From a virus (taxonomy: Duplodnaviria > Caudoviricetes): a stretch of DNA of 32,462 nt. Positions within the stretch are counted from its first letter, which is position 1; the number at the start of each line of letters is the position of its first letter. A program made the position numbers and the translations under genes. Shown one piece after another: positions 15,344 through 22,800 of this stretch. The notes beneath the pieces are model-generated. The model was given only the letters and a program-made list of their open reading frames with translations, did not search any database and was not told the origin of the DNA. The DNA is taken from positions 1 through 32,462 of the IMG/VR virus record IMGVR_UViG_3300049172_000054. One strand, 5' to 3'.

Positions 15344-15956
15344 TCTGACCGATATCTCGGATCGCCTCGGCCGGCCCCTCCTGCCCGCCGAAGAGACACG
15401 CGCACAGGCTCTCCTAATGGACGCCTCCGCGAGGGTTCGCTCCTACACGAAGCAGGACTTCTCCCGCACGGACGACGACACCGTGGTGTTGCGCGCCCAG
15501 CAGGGCGAGATCCGGCTGCCGCAGCGCCCTGTCATCGACGTGACTGCGGTGGTTGCGATCGGCGCGGGCGGGGCCCCGGATCTTCCGGTGACGGGATGGC
15601 AGTGGGACGGCCTGGACGTTGTCCGCACAGCGACGGACAGCCCAGCGATCAACATGCCGGAACTCTGGCAAGAGGAAGACGCCGACGCCTACCCCGGCAC
15701 CTACCGAGTGACTTACAGCCACGGCGCCGCCGAAGTACCGCCAGTGGTGGTGGCCGTGGTCGCCAGCATGGTCCTGCGCACGCTCACGGCGCCGACGCTG
15801 GCCGGTGGAGTGACGGGCGAGACCATTGGGCCGTACTCGTACCGCACGGACGGCTCTGGCGTTGGCACGGCTGTGGTGATGACGGACGGCGACCGCCGGG
15901 AGCTAGCCGATGCCGGTTATCGACCGAAGGCCGGTATGTCGATGGTGTACCGGTGA
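15327..15956 (+). CDS. Head-to-tail adaptor (connector) protein
   Basis: LA...D...RLGR.L...E..RA.ALL.DASA.VR.Y, LPQRPV, VTYSHG..EVP, ETIGPYSY. Synteny after the capsid gene. Confidence 0.88.
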   Translation: MDSLADLTDISDRLGRPLLPAEETRAQALLMDASARVRSYTKQDFSRTDDDTVVLRAQQGEIRLPQRPVIDVTAVVAIGAGGAPDLPVTGWQWDGLDVVRTATDSPAINMPELWQEEDADAYPGTYRVTYSHGAAEVPPVVVAVVASMVLRTLTAPTLAGGVTGETIGPYSYRTDGSGVGTAVVMTDGDRRELADAGYRPKAGMSMVYR

Positions 15957-16969
15957 GGGGCCCGCTGAAGGTGGTTGCCCGGGTGCATGCTTACCCGCCT
16001 GACCACAATGCCGGCGCGGAGTGGGCGCTGCACGAGATGCTGCGGGCGCTCGTCGAGCGGGGCCACGCGGCGACGGTGTGGCTGTCGCGTCATGCGGCGA
16101 GCAGAGATCCTTACACTGTGGACGGCGTACAGGTCATGCCGCATGACGCTGGCAGTGACGGCCGGTTCGCCAAGGCTGTGGCCAGGTCGAATGCTGTGGT
16201 GAGCCACCTGGAGAATGTGCCAGGCGCGGCGTCTCTGGCCCGCGGGTTCGGCAAGCCGCTGATCGTGGTGTGCCACAACACGTTCGATCTCACCTGGCGG
16301 CCCATGTTGGAAGGCACCTCGGCGCTGGCGGTGCTGAACTCGCAGTGGATGTCTGAAAAGGCCGAGGCAGTGTTCGACGGCCAGATGTGCCGTCCGGACC
16401 GAATGCTGGTGGTACGGCCACCGGTATGGCCGCACGACTACCGGACACCGCGCGGCGACTGCATCACCCTCGTCAACTGCACCGCCACAAAGGGTGTAAG
16501 GGTGCTCGCCGAACTCGCTGAGCGCATGCCCGAGCGGAAGTTCCTTGCCGTGAAGGGCGGTTACGGGGAGCAGGAGCCTCCGGCGCTGGACAACGTGCTC
16601 GTCCTGGATCACATGCCGGGACGGGAGATGCGGGACGCAGTATATGCGCGGACCAGGCTGTTGGTGATGCCGTCGGACTACGAGTCGTGGGGCCGTGTGG
16701 GCGTGGAAGCGATGGCATCCGGCATTCCCGTTCTGGCGCACCCGACCGCCGGGCTCACCGAGTCTCTTGGCGGTGCCGGAATCTTCTGCGATCGCGACAA
16801 CGTGGGCGCGTGGCAGGCTGAGATCGAGCGGCTCGATGGCCGCGATGCGTACCGGGAAGCGTCCCGGAGGGCGAGGGCCCGTTCGAAGGCCCTTGACCCG
16901 GCGTCCGACCTGGCGGCCTGGTGCGAGGCCGTCGAGGAGGTGGCCGGTGCGCGATCTGCCGCAAGGTGA
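15953..16969 (+). CDS. Glycosyltransferase family 4 (GT-B), paralog B
   Basis: GTG 15953 overlaps the adaptor TGA. HAYPPDHNAGAEW, HLEN, HNTF, PSDYESWGRVGVEAMASGIPV; collinear with paralog A. Confidence 0.93.
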   Translation: MRGPLKVVARVHAYPPDHNAGAEWALHEMLRALVERGHAATVWLSRHAASRDPYTVDGVQVMPHDAGSDGRFAKAVARSNAVVSHLENVPGAASLARGFGKPLIVVCHNTFDLTWRPMLEGTSALAVLNSQWMSEKAEAVFDGQMCRPDRMLVVRPPVWPHDYRTPRGDCITLVNCTATKGVRVLAELAERMPERKFLAVKGGYGEQEPPALDNVLVLDHMPGREMRDAVYARTRLLVMPSDYESWGRVGVEAMASGIPVLAHPTAGLTESLGGAGIFCDRDNVGAWQAEIERLDGRDAYREASRRARARSKALDPASDLAAWCEAVEEVAGARSAAR

Positions 16970-17300
16970 CACGGTCACGATCCTGCGTCCCGGAGCTTCC
17001 ACGCGGGATGCCTATGGCAACGATGTGCCTGGGCCGCCGACGGAGATTCTCGTCCCCGGGTGCGCGGTGGCACCCCGGGACGGGACAGGCTCGGGGGCGA
17101 ACGAACTGACCGACGCCCGTGACACTGTCATCTCCGGCCTGACGCTGTATGCGCCCTACGGCACCGACATCCGCGCCACCGATCGAATCCGTGTGGGTGG
17201 CGACGTCTACGAGGTGGAGGGCAACGCGGGGAGTTTCCGTTCCCCGTTCACCGGTTCGACAGGCCCGGTCATGGTCGCGCTGGAACGTGTGACGGGCTAG
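16947..17300 (+). CDS. Head-to-tail stopper (head closure) protein
   Basis: GAGGAGG RBS then GTG 16947. TVT.LR.....DAYGN, V.GCAVAP, TLYAP.GTDI.ATDR..V.G..YEVEG, V.LERVTG. Confidence 0.88.
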   Translation: MRDLPQGDTVTILRPGASTRDAYGNDVPGPPTEILVPGCAVAPRDGTGSGANELTDARDTVISGLTLYAPYGTDIRATDRIRVGGDVYEVEGNAGSFRSPFTGSTGPVMVALERVTG

Positions 17301-17623
17301 CTGCGGGCTTGTTCGACGGCGGCCACGAGTTTTGCGGCGGCGTCGTTGCTCTTGCGGGGGATGGACAGGCTGTTGGGGTCCTCGTAGGGCGGTCGCCCCG
17401 CGTGCAGCATTCCGCCCTTTTCTCCGGACGGGAGGCTGCCGGGCAGCACGAACTGCACGTAGCCGTGCATGAGCAGGGTGGCTGCTTTGTGGCGGGTGCT
17501 GGTGATGTCGGCGGCGCGGATCCGTACCGGGGCCGGCTTCGGTCCGACGGGTGTCTTCGTGATGGTGATCCATTCACCGTCGAAGTGGATGCTGCCGAGT
17601 ACGCCCTTGACCTGTAGATCCAT
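17297..17623 (-). CDS. DUF4429-like (PH-like fold) protein, antisense to the virion operon
   Basis: 108 aa, KG..G.I.FDG..I.I, I....I......A.....GY.QF...G, DPNS..., matching my recollection of DUF4429. It fills the gap between stopper and neck genes and has a G-rich RBS on the minus strand. Confidence 0.75.
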   Translation of the reverse strand: MDLQVKGVLGSIHFDGEWITITKTPVGPKPAPVRIRAADITSTRHKAATLLMHGYVQFVLPGSLPSGEKGGMLHAGRPPYEDPNSLSIPRKSNDAAAKLVAAVEQARS

Positions 17624-17658
17624 GTCCGCCCCCAGTTGCGCGAGTTAGTGGAGGGGCT

Positions 17659-17985
17659 ATGGCAGCACGGTTCAAGGCATCACGCAAAGGAATCGGCGAG
17701 ATGCTGCGGATGCCTGGTATGCAGGCGGAGATGCTGCGCCGCGCCGAAGTCATCAAGACGATAGCGGCTGCTACGTCGCCGGTGTACGAGAAGGGTCCGC
17801 ACGTCGGGCACTACAAGGCGTCCTGGGAGACGGACAGCACCAGTCGAGGTGGCCGACGGCGTGACCGGGCGGTGGCCTACGTGCGGAACACGTCGCGATA
17901 CGCGCGTTTCGTGGAGTACGGCACCGAACGGGTCGCGGCGCACCATGTTCTGCTGCGGGCTGCGCAGACGGGCGGGGCGGACTGA
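17659..17985 (+). CDS. HK97 gp10-like neck/tail-completion protein
   Basis: GIGE.L, A...SPV...G.YK.SW, A.V.N...YA..VEYGT......H.L.RAA. RBS GGAGG. Confidence 0.85.
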   Translation: MAARFKASRKGIGEMLRMPGMQAEMLRRAEVIKTIAAATSPVYEKGPHVGHYKASWETDSTSRGGRRRDRAVAYVRNTSRYARFVEYGTERVAAHHVLLRAAQTGGAD

Positions 17986-18365
17986 TGTGGCCCGATGCCG
18001 AAGCCGAGTTGGTGGCGTGGCTCACCGCAGAACTGGACGTGCGGCACGTTACGGATCTGCCCTCGAACCTCGCGGATGTTCTGCCGATCAACCAGCTGCA
18101 GCGGGTTGGCGGCGACGACGACGGGATCCGCCTGGACCGGGCTCTCGTCAGCGTGGACAGCTACGGCTCCGACCGCGCGGCAGCGTCTCTGCTGGCGAGA
18201 AGGACCCGCGACGCATTGGTCGTTGCCCTGCGGGGCGTGCAGACCGCGAACGCGGTGTTCGGGCGGGTGTCGACGATTTCGGCGCCTGCATGGCGTGACT
18301 ACGAGAATCCGGCGCTGCGACGCATGGGCGCTACCTACGAGATCTATTTCCACCCGGTCTCTTGA
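17985..18365 (+). CDS. Tail terminator protein
   Basis: D.E..LV.WL, LP...LP..Q..RVGG.D...LD...V.VD.Y; directly before the major tail gene; TGATG coupling. Confidence 0.85.
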   Translation: MWPDAEAELVAWLTAELDVRHVTDLPSNLADVLPINQLQRVGGDDDGIRLDRALVSVDSYGSDRAAASLLARRTRDALVVALRGVQTANAVFGRVSTISAPAWRDYENPALRRMGATYEIYFHPVS

Positions 18366-18436
18366 CCGGCCGAGGGCCCGCGCCGGACCCCTAGATCCCG
18401 CCCGTGCGCGGGCTTCACGCATGTCTGGAGACAACG

Positions 18437-19024
18437 ATGGTCAACATCACCCGCGCAGCGGATCTGCTGGAGGTCGGCGCGAATGGTGCCGGCTGGACGG
18501 CGCCGCTCGGTACGGCTTCGCCCGGCGACCCGGAGGTTCAGCCGCTGTCGCCGTGGGCGCCGTTGGGCGCGATCAGCGACGACGGCCTGGTGCAGGGTTT
18601 CGAGGAGGACACCCAGAGCTTCACGCCGTGGGGGTACACGGCTCCGATCCGCACCACGATCACCTCCAGCCTGCGGACGTTCGGGCTGACGGTGTGGGAG
18701 GTCGGGCGGACGACGGTGCAGTCCCTCCAGTACCGCCTGGATGTCGCCGATCTGGCGCCGGTGTCGGGTCTGACGACGTTCGCGGAGACCGCTTCGCCGG
18801 TGCCGGACCGGCGCGCGTTCTGGTTCGTCGTCCTCGACGGGGACGCGTTCCAGCGCGGCTTCTACGTCCCGGAGGGCGAGATCACCGAGCGGTCGGACGT
18901 CACCCACAAACAAGACGAAGTCGCCGGCTTCGAGTGGACGATCACCGCCTACCCGGACGCGTCCGGCAACACCGTTTACCACTTCGACCGGGTGCCGGAG
19001 ACGGCCGCGTACACCGGGTCCTGA
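18437..19024 (+). CDS. Major tail (tube) protein
   Basis: 195 aa, AP.GT..P, LG.ISDDG, F.PWG...P.R, P.GE.TER..V, ..TITAYPD..G. RBS GGAG before ATG 18437. Confidence 0.92.
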   Translation: MVNITRAADLLEVGANGAGWTAPLGTASPGDPEVQPLSPWAPLGAISDDGLVQGFEEDTQSFTPWGYTAPIRTTITSSLRTFGLTVWEVGRTTVQSLQYRLDVADLAPVSGLTTFAETASPVPDRRAFWFVVLDGDAFQRGFYVPEGEITERSDVTHKQDEVAGFEWTITAYPDASGNTVYHFDRVPETAAYTGS

Positions 19025-19027
19025 GCT

Positions 19028-19113
19028 GGTGGGCGGGCTGACTTCCGTCGGCGCGGGCCCGGCCCGTCCACCTTTCCTTTCTGCCCGCGCCGTGATGTGA
19101 GGAGGCCCGCGCC
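19028..19113 (+). promoter_or_regulatory. Hairpin plus U-rich tract after the major tail gene; loop complementary to two downstream sites
   Basis: 13-bp stem 19028-19040/19060-19072, then TTTCCTTTCT. Loop GGCGCGGGCC (19050-19059) is complementary to GGCCCGCGCC 19104-19113 and to GCCCGCGCC at 19083-19091. Confidence 0.65.
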
Positions 19114-19467
19114 ATGCCAGCCACCAAAGACCAGATCGAAGCCGCCAAGGCCCAGGAGTCAGAGGCCGACGTCGACGACGGGTACGTGACCGTGCCCCTC
19201 ACAGGCTTCGACGGCGTCAGCAAGGACGTCCGCGCTCTGCCGGCGAACCGGTGGCGTGCGTCCGCGCTCCGCTGCCTCAACAGCGGCGACTTCGACGGGT
19301 TCTTCGAGCTCGTCCTGCACGAGGACGACTACGAGATCTACGAGGACCTCGACCCGACATCGGAGGGGATCGGCCGGTTCGCGGAGGCCGCGGCGCGTGC
19401 AGGAGAGGAGTCGTTGGGGAAATCCGGTGGACCCTCGCGGTCCTCTCGGAGCACGCGGAGGCGGTAG
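19114..19467 (+). CDS. Tail assembly chaperone (short form, gpG-like)
   Basis: Between major tail and tape measure; acidic 117 aa ending LGKS..PSRSSRSTRRR. Confidence 0.88.
   Translation: MPATKDQIEAAKAQESEADVDDGYVTVPLTGFDGVSKDVRALPANRWRASALRCLNSGDFDGFFELVLHEDDYEIYEDLDPTSEGIGRFAEAAARAGEESLGKSGGPSRSSRSTRRR
19416..19423 (+). other. -1 programmed ribosomal frameshift site (G GGG AAA T)
   Basis: TTG GGG AAA TCC near the end of the chaperone gene. The -1 frame (GGG GAA ATC) is open to 19868, the canonical G/GT arrangement of long-tailed phages. Confidence 0.85.
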
Positions 19468-19868
19468 AAGCCGATCTCTTGGAGCGCGGCATCGACGTCC
19501 TCGACATTCATCGGGGCCGGATGTCGTGGCGGCGGCTGCGGGTGCTGATTCAGCATCTGCCACCGGAGTCGCACACGATGACCGCACTCCGTAACGCCAT
19601 GCCATCCGCTGAGTTGGCGGCGCAGGCGGAGAAGGGCGAGCCAGAGAAGGCCCGCTGGTCGCAGCAGGAGCAACTGACGGCATCCCTGGTCGACGCGGTC
19701 CGCAGGGTCGAGTGGGTCCTGTGGTGCGTGAACGTGGAGAAGAACAAAGCGCCGGATCCGCCTGAGCCTATGCGCCGTCCGGGCGCGGGCCCGAAGAAGC
19801 AGAAGGCCCAGCTCACTGAGAAGTCTGCCGACAGGCTGTTCCACCTGCTGAATGGGGGCGCCGCGTAG
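19422..19868 (+). CDS. Tail assembly chaperone frameshift extension (gpT-like); fusion of about 251 aa from 19114
   Basis: H.EA.EADL...G.D..D..RG.MSWRRL.VLI.HLP.ES, W...E.L.A...D, P.P..RPG, typical actinophage TAC C-terminal motifs. Confidence 0.85.
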   Translation: MRWTLAVLSEHAEAVEADLLERGIDVLDIHRGRMSWRRLRVLIQHLPPESHTMTALRNAMPSAELAAQAEKGEPEKARWSQQEQLTASLVDAVRRVEWVLWCVNVEKNKAPDPPEPMRRPGAGPKKQKAQLTEKSADRLFHLLNGGAA

Positions 19869-19890
19869 GGGCGCTGGGAGGAGGCTCCCG

Positions 19891-22800
19891 GTGCCTGCCA
19901 TTTCTGTCGGCTCGGTCGAAGTCGATGTTGTCCCGAACGCGAGCGGGATCCAGAGCCGTCTGCGAGCCGCGCTGGTGCCGCCTGCGTCGGCAATCGGTGA
20001 CGAGGTTGGCCGGATCATCGGCCGGCAGATCGTCACGCACATTACCCCTGCCGTCAGGGACGGCATTCAGAACGGTGCTCGGGCGGCCCGTCCGACGGCA
20101 ACCCGGCAGGGCGCTGACACGGGTGGGGCGTTCGCCCGGTCGTTGCGGGCCCGCCTGGAGGCCGCGTTCCGCAGCATGCCTCGCCTTGATGTGCGTCTCT
20201 CCGACACGGGTGTGGACGCTGACCTGGCCCGCCTGCGCGCTCGCCTGGAAAGCCTGGCGGGCAAGACCGTCGGCATCGACATCGACGCTGAGACGGCGCG
20301 GGCGCAGGCTGCGGACATCGAGGAGCGGCTGCGTCGGATCGGTGCCGCGCACCCGAACGTGGCAGTGCGGGCTGACACGGCGGCGGCGATCGCCCAGCTG
20401 CAGGCGCTTCAGGCGCAGATCGACGAGGTCACAGCCGATCCGGCCCGGATCCGGGTGGAGACGGACGGCACATTCGGGCAGCGGCTCCGCGCCCAGGTGC
20501 AGGCCGCTGAGGCATCTCTGCCGAACATCAACCTGCGCGCCGATTCGTCTGCGGCCGAGGTGGAGATTGCCCGGTTGCGGGCGGAGTTGACGGCGCTGCG
20601 GGATGTCCGCATCGGCGTCGATATGGATGCTGCGACGGCGACGGCCCGCATCGAGGCGATCCAGGCCCGGCTGCAGGCGCTGGCTTCGTCGGACGCCGAT
20701 GTCGCGATCCGTGTGGACACGGCTGCCGCGGCAGCGCAGTTGGCGGCGATCCAGGCTGCGGTGAATCGGCTGGATGGCCAGACGGCCAGCGTGAACGTGA
20801 ACGTCAGCGGGATGCAGTTGCTGGTGACGGCGGCGCTCGCGTTCGGTCCGGCGATCATCCCGGCGTTGCCGGTGGTGGCGGCCGGCCTGGGCGCGGTGTC
20901 TGCTGCGGCGGTTGCCGCAGGCGCTGGTATCGGGGCGATCGGCTTGGTGGCGGCGCCGGCTTTCAAGGGCATCGCCACCGCCTTGCAGGCGCAGAAGTCT
21001 GCGCAGGATGCGGCGACGAATGCCACGTATCAGGGTGGTCAGGCGGCGTCGCAGGGCGCGTCGAAGGCTTTGCAGATGGCGAGCGCGCAGCAGGCGTTGG
21101 CGACAGCGGAGCGGAATGGTGCCCGGCAGATTGCGCAGGCGCAGGCCGCGGTGCGGCAGGCGAAGCAGGCTGTCGCGGATGCGGTGGTGCAGGCGGCGCA
21201 GCGGAACGCGGAGGCGAACCGCCGGGTGTTGGACGCTGAGCGGTCCCTTGCGGACGCTCAGCGTGATGCGAAGCGTGCCCAAGAGGATCTGACCACCGCC
21301 CGTCGTACCGCGGCGCAGGAGCTGGAGGATCTGAACAGCCGGCTCGCCGACTCGGTTCTGTCGCAGCGGGATGCGGAACTGTCTCTGAGGGAGGCGGCCG
21401 CCGAACGGGACAAGGTTCTCAAGTCCGCGAACGCCACCGAGCTGGATAAGGAGCGGGCGCTCCTTGCCTACGACCAGGCGGTTGAGCGTCTGAAGGATCA
21501 GACGACCGAGACGGCCCGGCTGAAGACCGAGACGGCTGACGCAAACAAGAAGGGTGTCGAGGGCTCCGACACGGTCCGGGGCGCTCAGGAGCGTCTCGCT
21601 GAGTCGCAGCGCAATGTGGCTGATCAGGCCCGTGCGGTGAAGGACTCGCAGACCGAGGCGGCGCGCACGCAGGTGGAGACGGCCCGGCAGGTCGCGGACG
21701 CTCAGCAGCGTGTCAGCGAGGCGACCGCGAATGTGGCGGTGGCGCAGCAGTCTGCGGCGGATGCGGTGGCGTCGGCGCAGCGGCAGATTCAGTCGGCGTC
21801 GGTGTCGGCGGCTGGCGGGGTGGATCAGGCTGCGATTGCGCAGGCCAAGTATCAGGCCGAGTTGGACAAGCTGACGCCGTCGGCGCGGGACACGTTCGAC
21901 GCGTTCGTGGATCTGCGGTCGGCGTTCGGTAGTTGGTCGAAGTCGCTGCAGCCGAAGGTGATGCCGATCTTCACGCGTGCCTTGAACGGCATGCGGAAGG
22001 CGCTGCCGGGTTTGACGCCGCTGGTGGAGGAGGGCGCTGAGGCTATCGGCGACCTTCAGGACCGGGCGTCGCGCGGGTTCAAGTCGCCGTGGTGGAAGAC
22101 CTTCAAGAAGGATCTTCAAGGCTCGGTACGTCCCGCGATCATCGGGCTGGGTGTCAGCTTCGGCCGCGTGTTCAAGGGCATGGCAGGGGTGACGCAGGCC
22201 TTCTTCCCGCACATGGATTCCATTTCGGAGCGGATGCAGAAGATCACGGGACGGTTCGCGAACTGGGGAACGTCGCTGAAGGGCAGCCCGGAGTTCGAAC
22301 GGTTCCTGTCGTACTCGTCTGAGATGGGTCCGAAGCTCGCGGACGCTCTTGGGAAGATCGCTGGGGCGTTCCTCTCGATCGGACAGGCGCTGGCGCCCGT
22401 TTCGGGTCCGCTGCTGTTCCTTCTGGGCGGTCTGGCGGAGGCGATAGGGATCATCGCCGAGCACGCGCCGTGGATGGTTCAGGGGATCTGGCTGGCGATC
22501 GTGGCGATGCGGGTGTGGACGATTGCCCAGTGGGCGCTGAACGCGGCCATGAGCGCCAACCCGATCACACTGATCATCATCGGGATCGTGGCGCTCGTAG
22601 CCATCGGTATTTACGCGTTCAACAAGTTCCCGTGGTTCCGTGACCTGGTCCTGAAGGCCTGGAGCGGGATCAAGACGGCCTCGCTGTGGCTGTGGAACAC
22701 CGTGCTGAAGCCGTTCTTCACGTGGTTCGGCGGAGTCGTCGTCTGGCTGTGGCAGCGGATCATTCGCCCGTACATCGGGTTCTTGATCGCCTACTGGAAG

